Assembly (NCBI RefSeq): GCF_006345805.1 | Contig: NC_043011.1 | Location: 33,492,464 to 33,556,463 of the forward strand | Length of the DNA stretch: 64,000 bases | Direction of reading: 5' to 3' | Source of the DNA: Octopus sinensis | Taxonomy: Eukaryota | Part shown: one piece after another, positions 51,950 through 64,000 of the stretch | How the letters are laid out: the number at the start of each line of letters is the position of its first letter | How positions within the stretch are numbered: the first letter of the stretch is position 1 | The notes under the pieces: model-generated | Database searches by the model: none | The model's input: only the letters and a program-made list of their open reading frames with translations | Told to the model about the DNA's origin: nothing | Position numbers and translations under genes: made by a program

Positions 51950-52925
51950 ATTGGCCAGCTGCTCGGTAGCAAGAAGGTAAAAAAAAAGACATAGGTATGG
52001 ATTTCTTCTCTTCGTCGCCCTCTCTCCAACTGCTAACCCATCATATTTCAAGAAGGCCTTGATGCCGATCTTTAATGCCCAGATACCATTAATCATCTGA
52101 AATATGTGAATTAAGGAATCCAAATTCAGCCCCAAATACTGAATATCAGGATATGTACGGATTCAGATGTTGCTCTAATGGCGGAGTCGGAGACTTGCAA
52201 AATCCGCAGGGATTTCCCAATCCAAACAGATCGAATGCTAGAGCATAACAGACCGGACCTGGTGGTAATGGACAGATGCACCACATGTGCTATGCGGCGA
52301 GCTGGCAGAAACGGTAGCACGCCGGGCGAAATGCGTAGCCGTATTTCGTCTGCCGTTACGTTCTGAGTTCAAATTCCGCCAAGGTCGACTTTGCCTTTCA
52401 TCCTTTCGGGGTCGATAAATTAAGTACCAGTTACGCACTGGGGTCGATAGATTAAGTACCAGTTACGCACTGGGGTCGATGGAATCGACTTAATCGCTTT
52501 GTCTGTCCTTGTTTGTCCCCTCTGTGTTTAGCCCCTTGTGGGTAGTAAAGAAATATATACAGTTAATGTTGCGTACCCCTTTGACTCTCGAATAGTCAAA
52601 AAGGAAGAAAAAAAATAGATATATACAACCCTCTTCAGTACAAAAAAAAGCCCGGCTATGGATAATGAAGAATGAGAAGATAGTGCCAATTATTGTTGAA
52701 TCCTTGGGGACAATATCAGAACGGATCAGGTGCAATATAAAGGAAAACGGTATAGAGTGCCAAATAGAATTGTTACAAAATGTTTGCCTCCTTGGCACGG
52801 CCAGAACAATCAGGAGAGTAATAGATAGTTGAAAAGAACAGCTAGTATAATACCGTAAGGTGTAGGCAGCAAGCCCGCTACGCACGCAAGACCCCACGAG
52901 TTCCAACGAAACCAGTGATAAAAAG
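51950..52925 (+). mobile_element. R4/Dong-type LINE 3' fragment interrupted by SINE A (52294-52555)
   Basis: KIRRDFPIQTDRMLEHNRPDLVVMD | ...IVPIIVESLGTI...LLQNVCLLGTARTIRRVI; (AAT)n tail. Confidence 0.85.
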
Positions 52926-52926
52926 A

Positions 52927-52961
<35 letters not shown>

Positions 52962-53153
52962 TAATAACAATGATAATAATAATAATAACAATAAACATAG
53001 AGAAAATTGCACTACTAGGCACTGCACACATCCTACGCAGAACACTTTCCATACAATAACCATCAGAGCATCACAACAAATCACAGCACATACCCAAGGC
53101 ACACAGAGCTGCGCTCGGTAGTGAAGTGAAAGCACGTTATAAAAATAAAACTA

Positions 53154-53209
<56 letters not shown>

Positions 53210-53230
53210 GAATAATAATAATAATAATAT

Positions 53231-53785
53231 GCCCTGATGCAGTACCAGGCAGTGGCTCTCATGGCTTCTGATCTTAACTGATTGGAAGTGTTTTCATGTA
53301 CATTGTTTTGTCTTGGTATAAAAGATGGGCTACAGCAAATATTCTGCTCAATACCACAGATTTGCTTGTCAGTTGTTTGACCATAACCAGTTGAGCATGT
53401 CCCTTAGTGGCTGACAATACGTGCATCTCTGATCACGAGCAGAAGTAAGTGGGGGGAGCATCATAGCCATGTGTTGAGAGGATTCTTTGGGGTTTGAATA
53501 ATTCACCTCTGGAAACATGGGTGGTTCTTTCAACATCCTTAAACAACCCTTATTCAGGGACCTTTTGAGTGGGATGGGCTACTCGACCTGAAGAAAATTC
53601 TAACTGGGCCCCACCTGCAAGGTCATGTGCTGTTTATCTTGATATGAGATCACCATGTCGCGCACATATGGTTGTGATGCATGTGCCTGGTGTACCTTTA
53701 TCAGACGGGTAGTCATGATGGGTATATTGGGCTTCGTATATTTTACCCCAGTGTCACTTTGATGGCATGCACTGCTCTCTCACTC
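53231..53785 (+). mobile_element. ~555-bp AAT-associated element, full length
   Basis: As 30334-30888. Confidence 0.92.
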
Positions 53786-54235
53786 AATAATAATAATAAT
53801 ATCATTAATAATATATTATCATTAATAATATAAAGTAACAACACAACTGACATTGGGTATGTTCTACAACGACAAACTGATGTTACACTAAAATATCGTG
53901 GCACTCCATCGGTTACGACGACGAGTGCTCCAGTTGATCCGATCAACGGAACAGCACGCTCGTGAAATTAACGTGCGAGCGGAAGTGCACTCCACAGACA
54001 CGCGTACACTGAACGTAGTTCTCAGGGAGATTTAGAGCGACACAGAGTTTAACACAGCTGGCCCTTTGAAATAGAGCTGAGTGGACTGGGGGGGGGCGTA
54101 AAATGAGGTGTCTTGTGTCTTGCTAAAAGGACACCACGCGATGCCGGGATTGGAACCCACACCTTGCGATCGTGAGCCGAATACTCTAAACATTAAGCTA
54201 CACACCTTACACACGCACGCGCCTTAACACCTACT

Positions 54236-54616
54236 GGAAGCACTCCGTCGGTTACGACGATGAGGGTTCCGGTTGATCCGAATCAACGGAACACCTGCTC
54301 GTGAAATTAACGTGTAAGTGGCTGAGCACTCCACAGACACGTGTACTCTTAACGTAAGTTCTCGGGGATATTCAGCGTGACACAGAGAGTGACAAGGCCG
54401 GCCCTTGAAATACAGGTACAACAGAAACAGGAAGTAAGAGTGAGAGAAAGTTGTGGTGAAAGAGTACAGCATGGATCACCACCATCCCCTGCCGGAGCCT
54501 CGTGGAGCTTTAGGTGTTTTCGCTCAATAAACACTCACAACGCCCGGTCTGGGAATCGAAACCGCGATCCTATGACCGCGAGTCCGCTGCCCTAACCACT
54601 GGGCCATTGCGCCTCC
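54236..54616 (-). mobile_element. SINE family C, full length (head anticodon-like TCG, Arg; possibly an octopus OR-type SINE)
   Basis: Minus strand ggcgcaatggcccagtggttagggcagcggactcgcggtcataggatcgcggtttcgattccc. Confidence 0.9.
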
Positions 54617-55114
54617 ACTAACACCTACTAGCGCGCGCGCACAAACACACACTCACATTCATATATATGAAAGAGAGAGAAAAAGAGAGGGTGGAAGAGG
54701 GAGCAAAGGGATTTACAGGGAAAGAAAGAGAAAGTAGATACACACCTAATCTACAAAAATAGACTCTTTCGTTACAAGCACCAGCAGACGTGTGTGTACA
54801 TACATGTTTATGTGTTTCACGCCGTGCACCAATTGATGTGCACGCAGTATATATGTGCCAGATTTCGTCGGCTGCATATTCACCTATAACATTCAGCTGC
54901 GAAAGGTGCACTACGACCTCTTTTCCCCATTTCCCTCTTCCTTACTCTCTCCCTCCCCTTCTCTCTCTCTTTCACTCCCATATATATGTATATATGTATG
55001 TATGTACACACACACACACACACACACACATGTATAAACACACAAATTTTCTAGCAATGCTGGTGCTGATTTGCACCTTAGTCAGTGTAGTGACTTTGTG
55101 CTGTGTGCTATATA

Positions 55115-55195
<81 letters not shown>

Positions 55196-55284
55196 TATAT
55201 TTGGAATTTACGAAAAAACAAAGACGAAGACAGGTGTGTAAACACAAACAGGTGTATAGTTTAAACGCACGGGAGGGTGAGAAG

Positions 55285-55326
55285 GTCCTTTACGGTTTCG
55301 AGCCTGTGCTCTTCGACAGAAAGGAA
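55285..55326 (-). ncRNA. Minimal hammerhead-like motif with variant core CUGUCGA
   Basis: Minus strand tccttt CTGTCGA a gagc-acag-gctc GAAAC c GTA aagga. Confidence 0.45.
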
Positions 55327-55647
55327 CACGAGAAAATAAACATAGAGAAACAGAGGGTTAATGATTTGTTGTCTATGTTTGCGAAAATCATGTGTGTGTG
55401 TGTGCGCGCGCGCGTGCGTAGTGTGTGTCTGTGTGTGCGTGAGTCTGTGTGCGTGAATTTTTGTGCGTGTGTGCGTGTGTGTTTATGCGTGTGCATGTGT
55501 CTGTGTGCGTGCGTGCATGTGCGTGCGTATATATACGGTATATGTGTGTAGGTGTGTGTGTGTATATATATCTATATATATATATATGTACCTACACATA
55601 CACACATGTACAAATACACACATTCACACATACCACGCACACAGATT

Positions 55648-55692
<45 letters not shown>

Positions 55693-55695
55693 GAG

Positions 55696-55795
55696 NNNNN
55701 NNNNNNNNNNNNNNNNNNNNNNNNNNNNNNNNNNNNNNNNNNNNNNNNNNNNNNNNNNNNNNNNNNNNNNNNNNNNNNNNNNNNNNNNNNNNNNN
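55696..55795. other. Assembly gap (100 N)
   Basis: Run of N. Confidence 1.
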
Positions 55796-56017
55796 CTGAA
55801 ACAAATAGAACCTGAAAGAAGACATATATATATATATATATATTATATATATTATATATATATAATCCAACATGGCTTTGTGCATGGCGCTTTGTGCCGC
55901 TTTTAAAATAGGATCTTGTACTTATCTTAAAGACAACGGACCCAACTCTCAAAGAAGTATTATGCCAAACGAACCTCATGCCAATGCTTATCCATGAATG
56001 TGTACAGAAAACGTATT

Positions 56018-57350
56018 CTTTTCTACTCTAGGCACAAGGCCCGAAATTTTGGGGGAGGGGTAAGTCGATTAGAAATACCCCAGTATGCAACTGGTACTTA
56101 ATTTATCGACCCGAAAGAAAGAAAGGCAAAGTCAACCTCGATGGAATTTGAACTCAGAACATAAAGACAGTTGAAATCCCGCTAAACATTTCGCCGGGCG
56201 TGCTAACGTTTCTTATTTCTTTACTGCCCGCAAGGGGTTACACACAGGGGGGACAAACAAGGACAGACAAACGGATTAAGTCGATTACATCGACCACAGT
56301 GTGTAATTGGTACTTAATTTATCGACCCTCGAAAGGATGAAAGGCAAAGTCGACCTCGGCGGAATTTGAACTCAGAACGTAACGGCAGACGAAATACCTA
56401 TTTCTTTACTGCCCACAAGGGGCTAAACACAGAGGGGACAAACAAGGACAGACAAACGGATTAAGTCGATTACATCGACCCCAGTGCGTGACTGGTACTT
56501 AATTTATCGACCCCGGAAGGATGAAAGGCAAAGTCGACCTCGGCGGAATTTGAACTCAGAACGTACCGGCAGACGAAATACAGCTACGCATTTCGCCCGG
56601 TGCGCTAACGTTTCTGCCAGCTCGTCGCCTTGTACAGAAAACATATTGTAAATTTAAAAAATAAAAAAGCAGAACGTGTTGATATTGATCTGAAATTCTG
56701 ATACAAAGCTAGCAAGGTCGGGCTAGTCGATTACATCGACCTCGGTATTCAACTCGTATTTATTTTATTGACTCCCGAAAAGTTGAAAGGCAAAGTCGAC
56801 GTCTGCGGTGTTTGAACTCAGAACGTAAGGACGGACGAAATACCGCTATGAATTTTGCCCGGCGTTCTAATGATTCTGATTCGTTGCAGCCTTAGAACGT
56901 TTTAATAGTGATTTCAAGCTTTGGCACAAGGCCAGAAATTCCGGGAGGAGGGGGCTATTTGATTAAATTAACCTCAGTATTGATCTGGCTCTTATTTTAT
57001 CGACCTCGAAAGGATAAAAAGCAAAGTCGACCTCGGCGGAGTTTGAACTCAGAACGTAAAGGCTGAGGAAATGCCGCTACGCTTTTTGCCCGGCGTGCTA
57101 ACGATTCTGCCAGCTTGCAACATTATAACATGTCAATATGCTTTTCTACTCAAGACACAAGGCTCGAAATTTTGGGGGTGGTGGCCAGTCGATTAGATCG
57201 ACCCCAGTACGCAACTGGTGCTTAATTTATCAACCCCGAAAAGATAAAAATTAAAATGGTCGACCTCGGCAGAGTTTGAACTAAGAACGTAAAGGTGGAC
57301 GGAATACCGCTATGCATTTTGCGTGGCGTGCTAGCGATTCTGCCAGCTTG
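56018..57350 (-). mobile_element. Array of six or more SINE family A copies
   Basis: 56018-56630 flanked by tgtacagaaaac(g/a)tatt; further copies with the repeated spacer ttgcaacattata...tcaatat. Confidence 0.9.
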
Positions 57351-58252
57351 CAACATTATAGCATTTCAATATTGTTTTTATATAATCTGTGTAATTCATG
57401 TGTAATACAGCCACAATATGTTACTAATTACAACATATTGAATTCTCGTAATTAATTGCCTACTTTGGTAATTCAGTTAAATACATACTCCCGTTAATTA
57501 CATATAAAATTCAATATATGATGCTATTCAATTTAGAGAAATCGACTTTTCTAGAAAACATCCCAAGAAATTCCAAGAAATCACCTTACGCTCGTGTTTC
57601 ACCAATAAGTTAATATCATTGTTTTTGTTGTTATTGTTGTAGCTGTTTTCGTTGTTGTTCAGCTTCCAGATCATTCCTAATCGAGCAGCCGACCAACGAA
57701 TGATCAAAGGTGTTTCAGCTGTGACCATCCCGTGTTTTACTTTAGGCACAGTGTACTCGGGGCTAAATAATCCAATGTGCCTTTCTTTTCTAAGAAAACG
57801 TTGGGTTTTTGGGGGGGGGATGAAGGAAATTTGGCTGCTATTTCAAGCAAATTGAACAACTGCGTTGGGGCTCGCTCGTTAACTTGTTATCTTTATTACG
57901 TCACACCGTAATGAAGAAGCAAAATCAATCAAGTTGGCCTAATATCAAAAATTAATTGTATTCCGCTTCTTGTCATTTTTTTTTGTCGTTGTTATTGTTA
58001 TTGTTGGTGTTGTCATTATTGTGGTTGTTGTTTTCTCATCGTTAATTTCTCCAGTGCAGTGGATAAACAGAATCGGCAGAGCGTCGTGAAAACAATCTTA
58101 CGTCTTGAGGTGAAATTCTTTCAAGGTTGTCGTTGCCTTTCATACTTTCAGGGGTCGGGGAGTTAATAAAATAAAGTAGCGATCGCACATTGAGGTCCAT
58201 GTAATCGAAGGCTCAATCCACCAAAATATGTGATTATCTGCCTGTCTAAAAT

Positions 58253-58373
58253 AATCATGGAATCTTGTGCTTATCGTAGATTAACACAGGATCTTGTACC
58301 CATCTTAAATCAACATGGCGTCTTGCGCCTATACTAAATCAACGTAGGGGTTTTGTGTCTATTTTAAATTAAT
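58253..58373. repeat. Degenerate ~30-bp minisatellite (about 4 units)
   Basis: Units resemble aatcaacatggNgtcttgtgcctatNttaa. Confidence 0.6.
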
Positions 58374-59202
58374 GCTATTTCTTATTCCTTTATTGCCCAC
58401 AAGGGGCTAAACATAGAGGGGACAAACAAGGACAGAAAAAGGGATTAAGTCGATTACATCGACTCCAGTGCGTAACTGGTACTTAATTTATCGACCTCGA
58501 AAGGATGAAAGGCAAAGTCGACCTCAGCGGAATTTGAACTCAGAACGTAACGGCAGACGAAAAAATTAATGTTATTTCTGCCAGCATGGTAGATTGGCTG
58601 AACTGCTAGAATATCTGAGAAAATCAATTGCAGTATGTTGCTCTGGCCCATTCCGTTCTGTGTTCAAATACCGCCAGATTGGGATTTCGTTAATTTTTTT
58701 TTTAATTTCGGAATCGATAAAATAAAGTACCAGTGAAGTTCTGAGAGGGAGAGAGGGAGAGAAGGAGGGAGGGAGGTAGATGAATAGGAGAACCAGGGTG
58801 CGGTTACTTACATCAGCTGTAGTCAGTCTCTACACGTAATTTATGGCTTGGTGCCAGACTTAGAAATCAATAATATTAAGGTATTTATAAAAAGAAAACT
58901 AAACATTATCTCACATTAGGTGGTTGTTTTGATGATGAGCCAAATATAATAAATAATACTTGCTTTTAACTTAGGCACAAGGCCAGAAATCTGGGGTGAA
59001 GAAGTTCGTCAATTAAGTCGACCTCAGAACTTGGTCGGTATTTTATCTTAACAACTCCGGAAGGATGAAAAGCTACGATGACCTCGACGGAAATTAAATG
59101 CTGAAAGTAAAAACAAAAGCCGGAACAATTACGTAAAGATTCAGAACAAACAGACTATGGTAGGATTTGATCTCAGAACCTGAAGATCCGAAACAAATAT
59201 TG

Positions 59203-59498
59203 CAGTGATTCCCAAACTTTTTTAGGCCGCTGCTCCCTTGACACCAAGGTCTCGTTCTTAGCGTCACCCCATCACTCACCACCACAAACACAGAACACTT
59301 TCTACAGTAAATTCAAAACAACTGTATTTCACAAATAAAAACGTAATCTAATTAACCCAATATTTTGGTTGTTTATTTTACGTTCATTACCCCATTTGGC
59401 CACCCCCCCCATTATCGGACCCCACTTTACTTCAACGCACCCCTTGGCTCTTTCCACTGCCCCCAAAGGGGTAGTACCGTCCACTTTGGGAATCACTG
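59203..59498. mobile_element. hAT (Charlie-like) MITE, 296 bp
   Basis: TIR CAGTGATTCCCAAA / TTTGGGAATCACTG; 8-bp TSD aaatattg / aaatatcg. Confidence 0.88.
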
Positions 59499-59526
59499 AA
59501 ATATCGCACAAGTCGATGGTCTTTTT

Positions 59527-59905
59527 TACTCTTTTTCTTATTTCAGTCATTTGATTGCGGCCATGCTGGGGCACCGCCTTTAGTCGAGCAAATCGACCCC
59601 AGGACTTATTCTTTGTAAGCCTAGTACTTATTCTGTCGGTCTCTTTTGCCGAACCGCTAAGTTACGGAGACGTAAACACACCAGCATCGGTTGATAAGTG
59701 ATGTTGGGGGTACAAACACAGACACACAAACACACACACACATATATACGACGGGCTTCATTCAGTTTCCGTCTACCAAATCCACTCACAAGGCTTTGGT
59801 CGACCCGAGGCTATAGTAGAAGACACTTGCCCAAAGTGCCACGCTGTGGGACTGAACCCGGAACCATGTGGTTGGTAAGCAAGCTACTTACCACACAGCC
59901 ACTCC
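59527..59905 (-). mobile_element. SINE family B, full length
   Basis: As 47371-47807. Confidence 0.92.
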
Positions 59906-60255
59906 TAACGATTTCGCCAACCCAGCACCATGAATTGTTACTAATATTAACACAAGGCCATAAAATCAGTCTATTGAGGAGAGGGGTCAGTATTTAAATG
60001 GTAATTTATTTTACCGATCCCAAAAGAAAATAACACAAAGATGACTTCAGCGGGATTCGAATACAGAACGCACTAAGTCGGTTCAAAAACTGCGATGCAA
60101 TTGTCCGACGGTACTCCAACAATTCTGAGCCCAGTTCTCCGCACCAACTCCCACATATATTAAGAATTTGTGTTTATGAGAGAAATAAATATTTCATGAC
60201 GTTAATGAAGCTTAATTAAGTGTTTCATCTGTTGATAATTCTCTAATTCATTTCT

Positions 60256-60288
<33 letters not shown>

Positions 60289-60926
60289 TGTGAGAGAGAG
60301 CGAGAGAGAGAGAGGGAGAGTGTGTGTGTTTATAGGCAGGTGCATGTATGTGTGGTAGGTGTAAGTGGGCGTTTTCTATGTGAGAGAGAGAGAGAGAGAG
60401 AGAAAAAATGAGAGTACATGTGTCTGTTCATTTGTAATCAAATACGTAGGAGTCATCAAATGCGTTTTTGTATGTGTGCATGCGTGTATGCACACATACC
60501 TGTATGAATGTATGTATGTATATCTGTATGTATGTATGTATGTGTGTATATGTGTATGTATGTGTGTATGTATGTGTGTAGGTATGTGTGTATGTGTATA
60601 TATGTATGTGTGTATGTATGTATGTGTATGTATGTGTGTAGGTATGTATGTAGGTATATGTGTATGTATGTATACAGATAACTAGCTAGCTAGATAGATA
60701 GATACATAGATAGATAAATAAATAGATAGATAGATAGTGTAAATATGTGTGCGGAGGTAGCCATAGGTACATACATAGATATATACATACATATTTTGTG
60801 TGTGTGTATGTATATATATATGTATATATATATAATGTCTGTATGTATACACACACACACACACACACATATACACGCTCACATACGTAAGAGAGAGCGA
60901 GAGAGAGAGAGAGAGAGAGAGTGCGT

Positions 60927-60960
<34 letters not shown>

Positions 60961-61714
60961 TATCGGTATGTATAATGCGCCCGAAATGAATTCCCACTCG
61001 GCAACATTGAGAATGTTTTCTTGCGAAGATGTACGTACACACAGACACACACAAATACGCGCGCACGCACACACACGCGCGCGCCCGCACACACACGCGC
61101 GCGCGCCCGCTCACGCGCAAACACATGCATACGTACACACACACACAGCACATATGTAAGTATGTATATGTGTAACCATTAATGTTTAGCCAGCTGATGA
61201 TCTTTCACTTTCATTTCCTCACTTTTTCGATCTCTCTCTCTGTTTGTGCATATATATATATATATATATATTATTGATAAATATCAATTTCTACCCTTAA
61301 TTAATTTTATATAAATAAATATGTCTCTAACCGATAATTGACTGCTGCTAATTATTAGCTGCAGGCTAGTTTTCTCGGGCCTCAACGCGCAAAGTAAGGC
61401 ATTTGAAAGATATATTCAAATGTAATAGGCTGAACTCCATGCACGCGATATTTCGGTATCGTGTTTGCATCTAGTCCAGCAAATTGCATTTATAACGGAC
61501 CATGCTGATGATGGCTGCAGTTTTCCTTGCGGAAAATAACAGTCTAAACTTTTTAGTACATGGGTAATTATTTTATTTCGTATATTTTTCACTTGTTTAT
61601 TGGTATGGTTTTCTGCTGAGTTTGATCTGAGAACATAATCTTTTGTGGTGAATGGCGATTTGACGTCTATATCTAGCATGTTGACTGTCCACTTTTCGTG
61701 TTCAGTCCTTAATT

Positions 61715-61789
<75 letters not shown>

Positions 61790-61904
61790 GAGAGAGAGAG
61801 AGGGAGAGAGATACATATGAATGCTTATATACAACTGTCGAATATAAAAATACTCAATACATTGGTAAGAATTAATAAAACATTTATTTTGGTCGAGTCA
61901 GCCT

Positions 61905-61951
61905 CTTGCCACTCTGAGTTTCACCTAAAGGTACAAGGATCTTCAGGCAAG
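61905..61951 (-). ncRNA. Hammerhead-like motif with a non-canonical GUG site
   Basis: Minus strand cttgc CTGAAGA t cct-tgtaccttt-agg t GAAA ctc-a-gag TG gcaag. Confidence 0.55.
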
Positions 61952-62398
61952 TTGGACCACAACTTGCCTGGTGACCCTGCGAAGCTGACTCGACCAAAAT
62001 AACACACACGCACACACGCACACACACGCACACACACCACACACACAAGCACACACGCATCACGTGATCATGTGATCGACCAGATTATCAGCTGTTGTTA
62101 CACATTGCTGGTCACAATACGCTTCGCTTCGTTTTAAACTTCGAACGACGCCACCCCGCTGGCTAAGCGAGCACGCTAACATTACCCCCCCCCCATCCCC
62201 ACCTCCGATCGAAAGGAGAACTGGAGTAATGTGAAATAAAATGTTTTGCTCAAGAACACAACGCACTGCCCGGTCTCAGAATCGAACTCATGATCTAATA
62301 ATCGTAAATGCAACAGCCTAACCACTAGGCCACAAGCCGAAGCAAGGGAAATTAGTAGACTGACGTTTTAGGTTAACCCGCTTTATCAAAGAAGAGTA

Positions 62399-62748
62399 CT
62401 CGCGGTCGTAGGATCGCGGTTTCGATTCCCAGACCGGGCGTTGTGAGTGTTTATTGTACGAAAACACCTAAATCTCCACGAGTCTTCGGCAGGGGTGGTG
62501 GCGAACCTTGTTGTACCCTTTCACCACAACTTTCTCTAACTCTATCTTCCTGTTTCTGTTGCACCTGTATTTCAAAGGGCCAGCCTTGTCACTGTCTGTG
62601 TCACGCTGAATCTCCCCCCGAGAACAATGTCAAGGGTACACGTGTCTGTGGAGTGCTCAGCTACTTGCACGTTAATTTCACGAGCTAGCTGTTCCGTTGA
62701 TTGATCGGATCAACTGGAACACTCGTCGCCGTAACCGACGGAGTGCCA
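62399..62748 (+). mobile_element. SINE family C (5'-truncated)
   Basis: Matches 34469-34797 and 54236-54616. Confidence 0.88.
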
Positions 62749-63529
62749 ACCAACCATATATTATATATATATATATATATATATGCACACATATATACAT
62801 ACATACATACATACATACAAACACACATACATACATATATATATATATATATACACATACAACAAACACATGCATACATATACACATGCATACATATATA
62901 CATACATATTTATTCTTGCTTGTGTGTGTGTTTGTAGTTTGATTGTTGTAGGATACGAGATGAATTAGGGAACTAATCTCAATTCTTGTTTGGAACTACT
63001 TCCCTTAATTGTCGAAGCAATTAATTATTCTGTGGAAGCAGGTATGAACATGAACTTCACAGACCTCGATTTGTTGTGTTCTTGAAATAAATGGATTTCA
63101 TCATCGGTTCGAGGATATTGCTTTTGATGAACGAAGTTCCAAGCGAACAGATTCCCCTCTACTTCACTTCCCTTTCTCTGTACGTGTCTATATACATACA
63201 TGCATGCATACGTACATACATACCTGCAGGCATGCATACATACATACATATATGAACATGTCTAGATATGCAACTATTTGCATTAGAATACATACACAAA
63301 GGAAAACATACAAACCTGCATATATATACATAAATATATACATAGGCACATACATACATGCATGCATACATACATACATACATACATACATACATACATA
63401 CATACATGCATACATGCATTTGATACATACATTCATATATACCTAAGAACATACAACAGACTTATGTACGTAAGTACATACGTATATTCTTACAAGAATA
63501 TATTTATATTTTAGTTCGTATATGAATAC

Positions 63530-63586
<57 letters not shown>

Positions 63587-63805
63587 ACTTATAAACAAGG
63601 GCAAAAGAAAAAAATTCCAATGCCAAATATGCCGAAATATAGACTTAATCATCAATAACCATATAATTTATCACTATAAGCACGCGTCTCGAAAGTAAGC
63701 CGATAGAAATTTCTAAAAAATTCGTTATCGGATCGGTCCCAATTTCTGAGTTAATTCATTTAGAATTTTCTCGTCATCGGCGATAAATACGATAAGAAAA
63801 TAAAT

Positions 63806-63845
63806 GAGATACTTACTTGTACCCATGGGTACAAGTAAGTATCTC
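63806..63845. repeat. Perfect 40-bp palindrome
   Basis: gagatacttacttgtacccatgggtacaagtaagtatctc equals its own reverse complement. Confidence 0.97.
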
Positions 63846-64000
63846 TGGCAACGATCACGCTCGGATGGTACTCTTAGTGCTCCACTAGCACGGATGCCAG
63901 CCATCGAATTTTGGAAAAAAAAAAAAGATTCTGCTTACCACCACCTCTTATTAAAGTAAATGGTAATAAGTATGTGCTTGATAGCTATTTTTATAGAATG

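Noticed and set aside
54540-54616. tRNA-like heads as real tRNA genes
   Set aside because: They run straight into SINE bodies and lack a closed acceptor stem and terminator.
55057-55115. Signal-peptide-like MLVLICTLVSVVTLCCV
   Set aside because: Runs into (TA)n with no good splice donor; short hydrophobic runs are common in TG-rich DNA.
58253-58373. CRISPR-like array
   Set aside because: Head-to-tail degenerate units without unique spacers; eukaryotic context with no cas genes.
20434-63655. Numerous long ORFs rich in YI, HT, VC, MYVC, LS or ER repeats
   Set aside because: They are translations of stop-free microsatellites, not genes.

Overview
Repeat-dominated, AT-rich eukaryotic DNA, most likely an octopus (cephalopod) genome; this is inferred from the tRNA-derived SINE families and the extreme microsatellite load. 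No complete protein-coding gene is visible: almost all listed ORFs are microsatellite or transposon artefacts, and only a few isolated candidate exons were found. The window holds dozens of SINEs from about 5 families, decayed L1/Tx1-type and R4/Dong-type LINE fragments, and Penelope-like (PLE) GIY-YIG fragments. It also holds DNA transposon derivatives (a MULE-like MITE with 9-bp TSD, a hAT MITE, a pogo-like MITE, a fold-back mariner, a hAT transposase relic), a ~555-bp non-coding element that sits in (AAT)n, and a 100-N gap. The most notable signal is a set of type I hammerhead ribozyme motifs in unrelated sequence contexts: four with intact CUGAUGA/GAAA cores and several variant ones. Most sit on long rod-like stems and have a self-complementary stem III. 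Two identical copies lie in tandem 278 nt apart (12.3-12.8 kb), a retrozyme-like layout that could release a circularisable monomer. All structures were folded by eye and none was computed or tested.
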